Virus record (IMG/VR): IMGVR_UViG_3300045955_000385
Strand: one strand, 5' to 3'
Source: an uncultured virus (IMG/VR IMGVR_UViG_3300045955_000385)
Lineage: Duplodnaviria; Heunggongvirae; Uroviricota; Caudoviricetes
Length of the DNA: 64,000 bases
The stretch's first letter is position 1; each line of letters starts with the position of its first letter. Below the pieces are notes generated by a model that made no database searches, had not been told where the DNA came from, and saw nothing but the letters and a program-made list of their open reading frames with translations. The position numbers were made by a program, and so were the translations under genes. This document shows positions 9,384 through 19,096 of this stretch, piece by piece.

Positions 9384-10856
9384 TTAACTTACCTCCAGGC
9401 GAGCCCCTAATATGGCCGTGAACACCGGGTCAGTCACGACCACTTTGAACGCCCGCTGACTCTTCGCTCTCCCCAGCCGACGCCACCTGACCAGCCTCGT
9501 GCGTTCGCCAATGCGCCCGGCGCTACGCCACAGGGGGTGACTCCACGAGTGGCCCCCGTCATCGGACCAACTCAACATGACTTGCGGGTCGGCCCCTGGC
9601 GGCTGCGCACCCCCGTCGGGCGGGTCGAAGCCGGCCTGCTCGTGCGTGCCAGGCAGCGCCAGCCCATCCAGGCCCACGCCCGTTTCGAGCAGCAACTCGA
9701 ACAGGTGATACACCACGGGCTGCTGGTCGTTGCGGATGTGCGGCGAGATGCGCTCGCGGTAGAGCGGATCGGTGCCATGCGTGTACCAATCCGGGCGCCA
9801 GCGATACAGGTGCCCGGTGGTGCGATCACCCCAGAGATGGTCACCAAACGCGAGGCAATGCGTGCCAGCGCGCCAGGCCGTGAGCGTACCCTCGGCGGTG
9901 AGGTCCGCCAGTTCGGTCCAGCCCTGCGTCGCCACGTCATAGGCCCAGGTGGTGTCGTGGCCCGGCACGTGCAGGAAGTACCACGAGTGGCCACCATGCC
10001 GGGCGGTGTAGGCTTCCGTGCCAGAGAGATCCGTCACATGCGAGAGCGACGATTCAACGGCATGGGTGGAGATGCGGACGGGGGCGAAACCTTCCAGGCG
10101 CCAGACCGGGCCTTCGCCCCTGGGGCTTCCTCCTAGGAAGTACACAGTATTTTGCATAGCGACGCAGGCCCAGGGCGCCGCGATCCCCTGCTCAATAAAC
10201 GTACTGCTGGCACGCATGTACGGGTTCAGACTGTCCCCGGTCGGATGCCACACCTCAATACTTTGCGTGCCGAATAAGTACAGCTCTCTATGGTCTATAA
10301 GCAGCGTCAGGAGCAGGTCGGCACGCGCTTCCGCCTCGTAGAAGTTGAGGGCGGGCCAGGTCGCCGGGGCAAACGGGTCGCTGTACCAGAAGCGCCGCGT
10401 GCCAGGCTCGTTGGTGAGGATGCGGCCATCGAGGTACTGCACCCGCCCAAAGGTCTGCGGGCCTGTGAGCGGGATGGTCGCCAGCGTGTTGGTGGCAAAC
10501 GGCATGGTATACCCGACGCCCTGCGCGCTCACCACCAGCGTCTGGCCGTCATCGGTCATACTGACCGGCGCGAGGCCGGTGGCGAGTGTGCCACGCACGA
10601 GATGCGTACCGCCGGCAAAGCACTCGTAGAGGGTGGTACTGGTCGCGCTAAAAACCCTGCCATTTGTACATTCATATAATCCGAGAATAGGTGCAGATTC
10701 AAGTAAATCGACTTGCTCTAAACCAGGGAAACCGTACAACGTGTATTGCCCACGTTGATTTGGGGACTCTTCTAAATACAAATTTAATGTTCTTTCAGAA
10801 CTAACAAAAGGGCTTCTTGCTGGTGATGACGGACCTACAAAGCCTTTAAAATCCAT
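9384..10856 (-). CDS. Packaged-DNA stabilization/tail hub protein (P22 gp10-like)
   Basis: FYEAEARADLL, TWAYDVATQGW, LLLETGVG, DPQVMLSWSDDGGHSWS...RWRRLG...FKVVVTDP. Confidence 0.85.
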   Translation of the reverse strand: MDFKGFVGPSSPARSPFVSSERTLNLYLEESPNQRGQYTLYGFPGLEQVDLLESAPILGLYECTNGRVFSATSTTLYECFAGGTHLVRGTLATGLAPVSMTDDGQTLVVSAQGVGYTMPFATNTLATIPLTGPQTFGRVQYLDGRILTNEPGTRRFWYSDPFAPATWPALNFYEAEARADLLLTLLIDHRELYLFGTQSIEVWHPTGDSLNPYMRASSTFIEQGIAAPWACVAMQNTVYFLGGSPRGEGPVWRLEGFAPVRISTHAVESSLSHVTDLSGTEAYTARHGGHSWYFLHVPGHDTTWAYDVATQGWTELADLTAEGTLTAWRAGTHCLAFGDHLWGDRTTGHLYRWRPDWYTHGTDPLYRERISPHIRNDQQPVVYHLFELLLETGVGLDGLALPGTHEQAGFDPPDGGAQPPGADPQVMLSWSDDGGHSWSHPLWRSAGRIGERTRLVRWRRLGRAKSQRAFKVVVTDPVFTAILGARLEVS

Positions 10857-10889
10857 GGCATTCCTAGCCATACTAGGGTACAATAAGAG

Positions 10890-10984
10890 TATACTTGCTC
10901 ACTGATGGGGTAGCGCCTGATCAGCGCTCGTCAAGTCATTGACCTTCCTCAGTGAGCCCCATCATCCAACCTGGAAGGAGGTTG
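10890..10984 (+). ncRNA. Structured leader copy E3 with TATACT -10 box
   Basis: Outer stem 10903-10911/10956-10964. Hairpin A 10912-10928 (loop CTGATCA). Hairpin B 10936-10955 (loop CCTTCC). Hairpin C 10967-10984 (loop GGAAGG). Confidence 0.8.
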
Positions 10985-10988
10985 CCAC

Positions 10989-11696
10989 ATGCCGTTCAAA
11001 GATCCCGAAAAATATCGTGCCATGGCTGGTATTTACTGTAGACGTTGGCTCGAAAAATCCCCCAAAAACCGTGAGACGTACAATGCCGCAGCGCGTGCGT
11101 CGTACCATCGACGGAAAGAACGACTCAACTCGGAACGTCGGGCAAAGCATGCAGCAAATCGTGACGAGTTGAATGCGATACGGCGAGCAAAGCGCGCTCT
11201 GAAGACACAAGATGCGCGGGAAAAGCGACTGCAAGAAGCTCCGCTGAAGAAAGCGCAAGCACAACAAGCACGTATTCTGTGGCTCAGCCAATGGCATCGT
11301 ACTTATCGGGCTGCTAATCCTCAGCAATTCCGTGCCTATGGACACGCGCGACGTGCAAGAGAAAATGGACATCCATATACATTGACACCAGAGCAAGAAT
11401 CGTTTTGCCGCGCGCACTTTCACTACACCTGTGCTGTCTGCGGCCATGAAGAAGGCTTTCAGTGGCGCATTGTGTTGGATCACTGGATACCTCTCAAATC
11501 CCCTGACTGTCCTGGCACGGTTGCCACCAACATGATTCCTCTCTGTCATGGCGTCGGCGGCTGTAATAACTCGAAAAAGGACAAAGACCCTGAAACCTGG
11601 CTGATTGCTCGCGTCGGGAAGCGCAAAGCCGCGACAATCTTGAAGCGTATCCGCGCCTATTTCGCTCTTGTGGCCCCAAAGGAGCAAGACGCATGA
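10989..11696 (+). CDS. HNH endonuclease with a basic helical N-terminus
   Basis: CAVCG...LDHWIPL...NMIPLCHGVGGCNNSK. Confidence 0.85.
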   Translation: MPFKDPEKYRAMAGIYCRRWLEKSPKNRETYNAAARASYHRRKERLNSERRAKHAANRDELNAIRRAKRALKTQDAREKRLQEAPLKKAQAQQARILWLSQWHRTYRAANPQQFRAYGHARRARENGHPYTLTPEQESFCRAHFHYTCAVCGHEEGFQWRIVLDHWIPLKSPDCPGTVATNMIPLCHGVGGCNNSKKDKDPETWLIARVGKRKAATILKRIRAYFALVAPKEQDA

Positions 11697-11965
11697 CCCC
11701 GGAGCGCAAAGCCGACGTGCTCTTCTGGTGCCAGGTCGCCCTCTATCTCACGATTATGGGCGCGATTATCACCACCATGATCCTCTTTGCCTTCTGGCTC
11801 AATACCCTGCGCCTCGACCTGGAGGAAGCCCGCGCCAGAGATCGCGCCATGCTCCAGCAACACCAGACCGTGCTCGCCGATCACGACCGCGCCCGCGAGC
11901 AACACGACCGCGACCACCAGGCGTCCCACGCGGCCTTCATGGCGCTGCTCCAGGCGTACCGTTAA
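11693..11965 (+). CDS. Small membrane-anchored coiled-coil protein coupled to the HNH gene
   Basis: ATGA overlap with the HNH stop; N-terminal TM segment followed by a heptad region. Confidence 0.55.
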   Translation: MTPERKADVLFWCQVALYLTIMGAIITTMILFAFWLNTLRLDLEEARARDRAMLQQHQTVLADHDRAREQHDRDHQASHAAFMALLQAYR

Positions 11966-12678
11966 CCAATCCCCGCCCGGAAGCGCGCCATCCGGTCCCC
12001 CACCAGACCGCTCCCCGGCGTTGGACTCATCCGCCCTACGACCGTGTTGATCACCGCCAGGTTGCGCTTCGATTCCTCCGCAATCTTCAGCGTAAGCGGC
12101 GAGGGCTGCACGCCATAGGAGGGCGAACATTCGAGCGCCAGGGCTGCCCGGAGCGCCCGCGTATAGCCTGGCGGAAACTGCACGTCGTCATCGAGACTGC
12201 TGAAGGCCTCTAGGGGCACCCAGGGATAGACGGTAATCGTCCATGGTCCTGCCGCATTGACTGGCCAAATATACAGCTCCCCTAGGGGCACCTGCGGCGC
12301 GTAGTACAGCGCCAGGGGCCACGTGCTGGTTTCCGTCTTCCAGGCGAGCTGGGCGTACTGCTCCTGGCGCGCCAGCACCTCCACGGGGTAGTCATAGCCC
12401 ACCGCATCACGGTACTCCGCATGGTCCGCCAGGCGGATCGGGCGCGCACTGGGGATGGCACCGCCCACCCCCCAGGTCTGCATCGGGACACCTGCGGGCC
12501 ACGACAGCTCCGTGGGCTTGAGATAGTAAATCCACAACGACTCGGTACTGAACGAGTCGAGCAGGGCATTGAGCAGGTCCAGGCCATGCTGGGCCATATC
12601 AGCCTGAATCGGCTCTTCCGGGCTACTGACGCCCAGGTCCATCAGGGCGCCTTTAATCAGGGTCCTGGCGGTGGTCAC
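11962..12678 (-). CDS. Head-to-tail adaptor (P22 gp4-like position)
   Basis: TARTLIKGALMDLGV...GLDLLNALLDS...FPPGYTRALRAALALE. Confidence 0.75.
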   Translation of the reverse strand: MTTARTLIKGALMDLGVSSPEEPIQADMAQHGLDLLNALLDSFSTESLWIYYLKPTELSWPAGVPMQTWGVGGAIPSARPIRLADHAEYRDAVGYDYPVEVLARQEQYAQLAWKTETSTWPLALYYAPQVPLGELYIWPVNAAGPWTITVYPWVPLEAFSSLDDDVQFPPGYTRALRAALALECSPSYGVQPSPLTLKIAEESKRNLAVINTVVGRMSPTPGSGLVGDRMARFRAGIG

Positions 12679-12863
12679 CGGCTGCTCCGGCGCGGGCTGG
12701 CCGCCTCACTCTCAGCAGCCTTCGCCGCCGCGTCCGCCGCCTCAGCCGGGCTCTCAAACCATTCGCCAGCCGGGAGCGCACGCAATTCCTCCGGCGTCGT
12801 CACGACCTTCGATGTGCCACTGACGTGATAGCGCCAGGAGGGCAGCACAGGGGCTTCGGGCAT
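12675..12863 (-). CDS. Small hypothetical protein after the coat gene
   Basis: PSWRYH...EELRAL...WFESPAEA. Confidence 0.55.
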   Translation of the reverse strand: MPEAPVLPSWRYHVSGTSKVVTTPEELRALPAGEWFESPAEAADAAAKAAESEAASPRRSSR

Positions 12864-12883
12864 AATCCATCTCGCTTTCCATA

Positions 12884-14092
12884 TTAGACCAATGGACTCC
12901 AGACACGGCATACGGCCTCAGGTTGCACATATTTGAACCCCCAGAGCACATCACAACGGCTCAAATGGCCATCAGTACGGATGTCGGAGTCACGCCACAC
13001 GCGCAACGCCAGACGCACCTGTTCATCACTGGCCGTGGCATTCTCGCCAGACCACGGGGTAAACAGCTTGACGTTGCCCAGCGTCACGCCAATGGGGTGA
13101 TAAAACAGGTTCTGGGCATAGGCGGTGTCTGCGGTACCCAGAAACGTGATGACGCCGTTATCCACGGGGAGTGCCGTGACGGTGGCCCGTGGGTCGGACG
13201 GCAGAATCATCGGCGGGTAGACCGGCACACTGGCCGTGCCCGTGCCACTCGCGTCCACGTCGGCCTGCACGCTGAACATGCGCAACTTCCCGGTCGATTC
13301 CAGCGACTGCGGCTTGATCCCGAACACGTTGGCCACCTGAAACACGTCGCCCTTTTTGAGAACGCCCGTGGCCGAGGCGGTAAAGCCCTTCATGTTAATC
13401 GTGGACCCCGTCGAGCCGGCGGCAATGAGCGGCGTCCCGGCGCGCGAGCCCGTGGTATGCGTGGCCACGTTTTGATCAATCGACCACTTCGCGCCTAAGG
13501 TCTTGCCCATCAGGCCATCGGTGTACTGCCGGCCAATCTCGGTGGACTGCTGAAACAGGCCCTTGTTCTCGTCAACCACCTCGATGCCTTCGTCGGGATG
13601 GAGCACCACGGCGCGCTGATCGTCCCTGGGCACCCCTTCCATATCCAGGAGGGCCGAGGCCAGACCAAACGCCCGCCAGTGCTTGCCGGTTTCCACCAGC
13701 ACCGAGTTATACGCCTCCCAGTACATAGACAGGCCATCCGTGTCAATTTCGTTGGCCAGGCGGGCCGCCTGGGGTTTGGCGATGCGATTGTTCCAGTCAT
13801 CGAACTGCAATGTAAGTTCCACTGACGTGAAATCCACATCCGCATGTTTCTGTTTGTCAATGACCAGACGGACCACCTCTTCCACGTAGTCTTGACCGAC
13901 ATAAGCAGGGCCATCATGGACCGAATAGCGCGGGGTTTTCCTTATGTCGAGAAAATCGCCGATCTTGTGACCTTGCTTCCCAAAATCATCCTCCCAGCGG
14001 CGATCCGCACCAGCGGCGAAAACGAGGTTATTGGTTAAATTAGCGAGAAGCATTTGACTTACCATCTGTATGGTACGAAAAGTATTGGCCAT
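12884..14092 (-). CDS. Major capsid protein, P22 coat (gp5)-like
   Basis: MANTF...NNLVF...KIGDFLDIRK...IDKQKHADVDFTSVEL...LANEID...RCDVLWG. Confidence 0.9.
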   Translation of the reverse strand: MANTFRTIQMVSQMLLANLTNNLVFAAGADRRWEDDFGKQGHKIGDFLDIRKTPRYSVHDGPAYVGQDYVEEVVRLVIDKQKHADVDFTSVELTLQFDDWNNRIAKPQAARLANEIDTDGLSMYWEAYNSVLVETGKHWRAFGLASALLDMEGVPRDDQRAVVLHPDEGIEVVDENKGLFQQSTEIGRQYTDGLMGKTLGAKWSIDQNVATHTTGSRAGTPLIAAGSTGSTINMKGFTASATGVLKKGDVFQVANVFGIKPQSLESTGKLRMFSVQADVDASGTGTASVPVYPPMILPSDPRATVTALPVDNGVITFLGTADTAYAQNLFYHPIGVTLGNVKLFTPWSGENATASDEQVRLALRVWRDSDIRTDGHLSRCDVLWGFKYVQPEAVCRVWSPLV

Positions 14093-14199
14093 ATTAGCTC
14101 TTTCCTATTTACAACGGAATGTCGGCGTAAAGGGGGAGCTAAACGCCATACTTTATTGGCAAACGTGCCAATAGATGGGATACAATTACCTATGTCTGG

Positions 14200-14298
14200 T
14201 ATACTCCAGATGCGACACGGCTAGGGAACAGCTGCCCGAAAACCTGTCTCAGCAGGCTGCCGCGTCGTTTTCCACTGAGACCTCTGACTGAGGAGAGG
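14200..14298 (+). ncRNA. Structured leader copy E4 with TATACT -10 box
   Basis: Outer stem 14212-14221/14259-14268. Hairpin A 14224-14237. Hairpin B 14243-14256 (loop TCTCAG). Targets are CTGAGA 14275-14280 and CTGAGG in the loop of hairpin C 14281-14298. Confidence 0.7.
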
Positions 14299-14306
14299 AC
14301 AGAGAG

Positions 14307-14981
14307 ATGTCTCGCCAAATTGATCCAGACGTGCAGAAAGCACGCTGGCGTCTTGCCAGTGCGCGCTATCGTGCCAAACATCGTCCAAAAGTTCTTGCCA
14401 AACAGCGTGACTATAATCAGCGCTACTACGCGAAAAATCGCGAGAAATTGATCGCAGCCAGCGCCGCGTACTATGCGGCAAATCGCGAGCAGATTCTTGC
14501 TGACAACAAAACTCCAGAAGCGCGGAGGTATCAAGCGCTCTGGAAAAGGGCCTTCCGTGCGAGCAATCCAGTCGCGTACAATGCCTATACGCAGAAGCGT
14601 CGTGATGCCAATCGCGAGACCATTCGCGAGCGTGACCGTGCCTACTATGCCATAGACTATGCCGCGCATCCTGAACGCCACCGGGCGAAACACCATAGGC
14701 GACGTGCGCGGATAGCCGGATCGCAACGTAATGACTTGACGCCCGAACAAGCTGCACTCATTCTTGCTCTCGCCGATGGCGTCTGCGCCTATTGTCCGTA
14801 CTACAATCCTACGTGTCAGGCCTGCAAACGGCATAGTCACGAACTCACCTATGATCACATCACGCCCGTCAATGACCAGGGCGACAGCACACTCTGGAAC
14901 TTTGTCGCCTGCTGTAAGTCTTGCAACTCCAAGAAAGGTATTGGACCGCCTCCAGGACCAGTCCAACCGTTGTTGCTCTAG
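14307..14981 (+). CDS. HNH endonuclease with a repetitive basic N-terminus
   Basis: CAYC...YDHITPV...NFVACCKSCNSKKG. Confidence 0.85.
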   Translation: MSRQIDPDVQKARWRLASARYRAKHRPKVLAKQRDYNQRYYAKNREKLIAASAAYYAANREQILADNKTPEARRYQALWKRAFRASNPVAYNAYTQKRRDANRETIRERDRAYYAIDYAAHPERHRAKHHRRRARIAGSQRNDLTPEQAALILALADGVCAYCPYYNPTCQACKRHSHELTYDHITPVNDQGDSTLWNFVACCKSCNSKKGIGPPPGPVQPLLL

Positions 14982-15973
14982 CGCCCGAAGTCCCTAGGGC
15001 TAGGCCTCCATCCACTATTCCATTTCGCTCTAAACTCCGCCTGACTCCAGTCCGCCGGGGATTCCGGCGGGGCCGCCCCGCGCCCAGTCAGGGGGGCGAG
15101 CGGGGGGGCTAAGGGTGGGGGACTGGCCGCCGGGGGAGCAGCGGGCGGGGGGGCCTGTGGCGGGGTGCCGTTCGCCTGGAGAGAGACAGGCTGCAGGCGC
15201 CCGAGTTCGATCAGCATGAGTGGCGGGGGGAGCTGGTTCAAGCGTGCCACCACGTCAGGCTGGCTGGCCAGGCCATAGGCGATGGCAGGACCATCCGGAT
15301 GGAACATGAGGGCCTGCTGGAGGGGCGGCGAGACCTTCCCCACCAGCCCGGCACGCACCACGTCGTCGTAGTCCGCGTGCTGCGCCTTGAAAGCCGCCTC
15401 GCGTTCCTGAAGCTGGCGCTGGAGGTCCTGCATCTGCTGGCGCTGCTGCATCTCCTGTGTCTGCGCCTGCGTCACTTGCTGGGCTTCGTAGCGGGCCGTG
15501 GCGCGCACGTAGTCGTCGTGACTCTGAAACGCCTCGGCCTGCGGGGGGCCCTGGGGCTGCTCGGGGAGCGCGGGGGCCCCACCCTGGAGCAGCTGCGTCA
15601 TGAGCTGCATCTGGGCACGCAGTTCGGCAATGGTCTGCTGATTGGTGGCGCGCTCGGCTTCCAGGGCCCGCTCGGCCGCACGGTGGCGAGCGGTCAGGCG
15701 ACCAATGCGTTTATGGAGATAGCCGGCCGTAATCGGCGCATCATCGGGAGAGTCGGGCTCGTCCGCATCCCCTGGGGACTCTCCCTCCCCAGGGGCGGGT
15801 GGTTCGGGTGGTGAGTCCGAGGGCGGTGCGTCGGAGGCCTCCGGCGACACCTGTGCACCAGGCGCATCTGTTTGCGCACCGTCAGCTGCCGGCACGTCGG
15901 GCGATACGTCCCCGGGATAGGGGGTCTCGGTAATCTGGCCGCTGGCGTCGCGGCTGGTGATCGTAATGGCCAC
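14978..15973 (-). CDS. Capsid scaffolding protein
   Basis: Lies between portal and coat; KRIGRLT coiled coil, FKAQHADYDDVV, GPAIAYGL. Confidence 0.8.
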   Translation of the reverse strand: MAITITSRDASGQITETPYPGDVSPDVPAADGAQTDAPGAQVSPEASDAPPSDSPPEPPAPGEGESPGDADEPDSPDDAPITAGYLHKRIGRLTARHRAAERALEAERATNQQTIAELRAQMQLMTQLLQGGAPALPEQPQGPPQAEAFQSHDDYVRATARYEAQQVTQAQTQEMQQRQQMQDLQRQLQEREAAFKAQHADYDDVVRAGLVGKVSPPLQQALMFHPDGPAIAYGLASQPDVVARLNQLPPPLMLIELGRLQPVSLQANGTPPQAPPPAAPPAASPPPLAPPLAPLTGRGAAPPESPADWSQAEFRAKWNSGWRPSPRDFGR

Positions 15974-15975
15974 CG

Positions 15976-18069
15976 TTATTGCTCCTCTACGGTGCCGTTC
16001 GTGGGTTGCTGCATGTCATGGGCGAGTTTTGCTGCTTCGACAGAATATTTGAGTTCCAGTTCACGGCGCTTGAGGGCATTATCCTCCACAGCCACCTCAT
16101 GTTCCCACTTCGCCTTATAGGTCTCAATCGCCTCGGTCTGGCGCTTATCCTCCAGGCGCGTCTTGAGCCGGGCATTTTCCTGCTCGGTCAAGGCCAGCTG
16201 TTGCGTCGCCACCTGTGTCTGCTGCTGGAGCTTCTGCATCTCCTGCGTCAGCGCCTCCAGCTGCTGCTGGGCCTGTCTGGCGGCGTTCTGCGCCTGCACC
16301 AGCTGCGTTTCCGGACTCCCGCCTTGCGTCGCCTGGAGCGCTTCCGGTGGGACTAACGTGCGCAAGCGTTGCGAGAGTTCCTCGGCGCCCGGGATATCGA
16401 GCGAGCCCGTATAGATGTCGAGGACATACTTCGCCACGTCAGGCACCGCGCCCAGGAGAATGCCAAGCCGCTCATTCATCATCTCGCGGCTGGTGTCATA
16501 ACTGGGGCCACTGGACACCACGCATTCGTACACGCCAGCCCCCAGCGCATGGTCCATCCCCTGCCCATCCGGCCTGGGCTGGTTCACCTGGGCCATCGAA
16601 ACCGTCCCGTCCTTGCCGACCTGGCGCAGCTGCGTCGGGCCCGGGTAGAGGGTTGGCAGGATAGCGAGGATCTGCCTGCCACACGCCTCGATCGACCACG
16701 CCAGGTTGGCCGTGAAGCCGGCGGTCGTCTGCTCGCCCTCGCGCTTCCTGGCGTCAATCGCCGCGCCACTCTGTTCATTGGAGGGCGCGCCAACGCTGGC
16801 TTCGTACTGGCCTACGGTGGCCTGAATGTCCTGGGCGGCGAGCATCCTGGCCTGGGAGATGGCCTGGACGGCGGGCTCGGCCACCTCACGGCGGGGTGGG
16901 GGGAGGAGCTGGCCGCCAGCCACCACGGCCTTGACGGGCAGGTAGGGCAGGTGCGCGTCATTGGCCTGCCTCCACAGGTCCTCGTAGCCGGCGATGGTCT
17001 CGGCAAACAGGATGAAGGGCGCCTTGGGCGTCAGGGCAATGGCACTCATTTCGGCGCTGGCGTAGGCATCGTAAGCGAACTGGCTGGAGGCCGAGGCCTG
17101 CACAATGCCGGTGCGGCGGGCCCGGCCGTCGAGGTCGAGGCGCCGGCCTTCGACACGGATCAGCGGGATGTGACTTCCTGGCCAGCGGGTCTTCTCCAAC
17201 ACCGCGTAGCCGCACATGGTCACGCCATAGACGGTGCAGATGCGCGTCTGGCGCGTCGGCCACTCTGGCGGGAGATCGCCGAGTCCCTCGGTGGGCAGCA
17301 CCGTGCCATCGGGCATCTGGACGATCTCTTCGTCCTGCCAGACCTTGTAGTAGTAGAGAGCCACCTGGACATCCGTCGGCGTGACCCACTTCTGGTCAGG
17401 ATAGGACGCCCAGTGACGCACCTCGGCCGGGCTCTTGCGGTATTTGGCGCAGAAGGCGCGGTGCGACATGGTGTCGATGATGAAGGCCCAGTCGAGGTCC
17501 AGGGCTGCTGGGTGGGTGGAATAGGGGTCACAGAACACACTGAAGCGGTCGTACACCGGCACAATTTTGAGGCACTGCTGGAAGGACGTCGGGGATTCGT
17601 AGTCCAGCGCGAGGCGAAAGAAGCCCTCGCCAGTGCTGATGGCCTGGGATAAGGCCGAGGTGTACGAAATTTCTGCTTGTGAATCGGCCTCTATGTCCCT
17701 GACTTTCCCTTCCAAGATCGTCGCAAGCTTCTGCGTCGCCCCCCCCGACTTGGGACGAATACGGATGGAAAAGGGCGCACGCCTGTACGAGTTGATGAGT
17801 TGGGAGATATATTGATGCGTCCGATCAATAGTGAGCGTCGGCTGCTCCTGGCCTTGTTTGGCGCGTTGCTCCCGTAAATAGGAAGGCCAATGCTCACCGC
17901 TTTGAAACACTAAGGCATCGCGTTGTTGAGCCCTTTCAGCCTGCTCGGCTTGTTCTGATTCGGTGAACCGGGCACGGGCTTCGCTGAGCACGTCGTCATC
18001 GGTGCGCGGGTCCAGCGCAGTCTTGTCCTCGCGGGTCAGCGGGCGCAGGGTCTGGACGTGTTCAGCCAC
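15976..18069 (-). CDS. Portal protein, P22-like, with a C-terminal coiled-coil barrel
   Basis: FQSGEHWP...PTLTID, GEGFFR, WPGSHIPLIRVEG, SGAAIDARK, SGPSYDTSRE, and a long Gln-rich C-terminal helix. Confidence 0.9.
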   Translation of the reverse strand: MAEHVQTLRPLTREDKTALDPRTDDDVLSEARARFTESEQAEQAERAQQRDALVFQSGEHWPSYLREQRAKQGQEQPTLTIDRTHQYISQLINSYRRAPFSIRIRPKSGGATQKLATILEGKVRDIEADSQAEISYTSALSQAISTGEGFFRLALDYESPTSFQQCLKIVPVYDRFSVFCDPYSTHPAALDLDWAFIIDTMSHRAFCAKYRKSPAEVRHWASYPDQKWVTPTDVQVALYYYKVWQDEEIVQMPDGTVLPTEGLGDLPPEWPTRQTRICTVYGVTMCGYAVLEKTRWPGSHIPLIRVEGRRLDLDGRARRTGIVQASASSQFAYDAYASAEMSAIALTPKAPFILFAETIAGYEDLWRQANDAHLPYLPVKAVVAGGQLLPPPRREVAEPAVQAISQARMLAAQDIQATVGQYEASVGAPSNEQSGAAIDARKREGEQTTAGFTANLAWSIEACGRQILAILPTLYPGPTQLRQVGKDGTVSMAQVNQPRPDGQGMDHALGAGVYECVVSSGPSYDTSREMMNERLGILLGAVPDVAKYVLDIYTGSLDIPGAEELSQRLRTLVPPEALQATQGGSPETQLVQAQNAARQAQQQLEALTQEMQKLQQQTQVATQQLALTEQENARLKTRLEDKRQTEAIETYKAKWEHEVAVEDNALKRRELELKYSVEAAKLAHDMQQPTNGTVEEQ

Positions 18070-18081
18070 GGGCGCGTGCTC

Positions 18082-18276
18082 CTAATACGAGGTCTTTGAG
18101 GAACGTTTGGGGATCTTCGCCCCGGCTTTCCTCGCCTTGGACAGCGCGATGGCGCGCATCTGGCTCTCGCGCTCCTCTGCTGTCTGGTGCGTGCCCATGG
18201 TCGAGGGCGGGTTGGCATGCACCTCGCGCATCGCCTCAGCCACTTTTTTCGCGGTCTTACTCTTCGCCTTCGCCAT
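18082..18276 (-). CDS. Small basic hypothetical protein
   Basis: KKVAEAMRE...AIALSKARKAG, with an RBS. Confidence 0.55.
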   Translation of the reverse strand: MAKAKSKTAKKVAEAMREVHANPPSTMGTHQTAEERESQMRAIALSKARKAGAKIPKRSSKTSY

Positions 18277-18511
18277 CGTCCATCTCCTCAGCGGCCGGGA
18301 AGTATCCCCACCGCAGACTGTATAAGCCACATCGACACACCGTAGCTGGTGCCTCGGTCTCGCAGGCATACGACCGCCAGTGCCGAGGCAGCCGTCCGAG
18401 CCCCCGCTGCACCCAAACCCAGCGCGGCAGCAGCATGACCCACCGCCGGCGCGTGCGGTGGCGCCAGGGGGAGGTGACGGCCCAGGCCTCAGGAAGCGGT
18501 GTGGTGGGCAT
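18257..18511 (-). CDS. Hypothetical protein
   Basis: AGGAGG SD; ORF in operon orientation. Confidence 0.45.
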   Translation of the reverse strand: MPTTPLPEAWAVTSPWRHRTRRRWVMLLPRWVWVQRGLGRLPRHWRSYACETEAPATVCRCGLYSLRWGYFPAAEEMDDGEGEE

Positions 18512-19096
18512 CTAGCCTCCTAGGGCCTGCTTCTGTGCGCTGAGACGGCGACGGTAATTTTTCTTGTGCCTGCTACGACACGCACGACAAATACGACGTC
18601 CCTTTGGGTCCAACGCCAGGTTGTCGCCATCAAATTCATGCCCATATTTGCAATGCGTCTTGCGAGCATTGGCAGCGGTTAATCCTTCGCCTCGCAAGAT
18701 ATTTGTATGCCTGGTAACGGGCTCAAGATGTGCAGGATTACAACAGGCATGATGGCGGCAGAGATGATCGAGCTGGAGTCCTTGAGGAATCGGTCCTACA
18801 AAGCGCTCATAAGCATACCGATGCACATACAGGAACGTGTGACTCCCTAAAGACAACTGTCCATAGCCCTTCTTATCAAGGGTCCCACCCCACAGCCAAC
18901 ACGTCTCCGTGCGTGTTACATAGGCTTCAAAGCGTATGGCAAGACTACAGGCGTCAGAACATCCCCGCTGGGATCTCCCATTGGCTCGGTAGACGTGGTT
19001 GCACCACACACACACGCGCAAAGGGGCACGCGGGTGGCTTCGTTGCGTTTTTCTCCAGACAGCGGGCGGAAAAAGCCGTAGATTCTTCTCAGGCAT
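18512..19096 (-). CDS. HNH endonuclease (HNH_3-like) between TerL and portal
   Basis: CWLWGG...HRYAYE...LDHLCRHHACCNPAHLEPVT...KTHCKYGHEF. Has its own extended -10 TGGTATAAT at 19164-19172. Confidence 0.85.
   Translation of the reverse strand: MPEKNLRLFPPAVWRKTQRSHPRAPLRVCVWCNHVYRANGRSQRGCSDACSLAIRFEAYVTRTETCWLWGGTLDKKGYGQLSLGSHTFLYVHRYAYERFVGPIPQGLQLDHLCRHHACCNPAHLEPVTRHTNILRGEGLTAANARKTHCKYGHEFDGDNLALDPKGRRICRACRSRHKKNYRRRLSAQKQALGG

Noticed and set aside
280..14298. Structured leaders read as tRNA genes or CRISPR repeats
   Set aside because: They have only two internal arms, no T-loop or anticodon-arm consensus, and no repeat-spacer periodicity.
365..14981. HNH plus structured RNA as an IscB/HEARO-type RNA-guided nuclease
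   Set aside because: The proteins are about 200-235 aa with no visible RuvC or PLMP motifs. The RNAs are under 100 nt and also precede non-nuclease genes.
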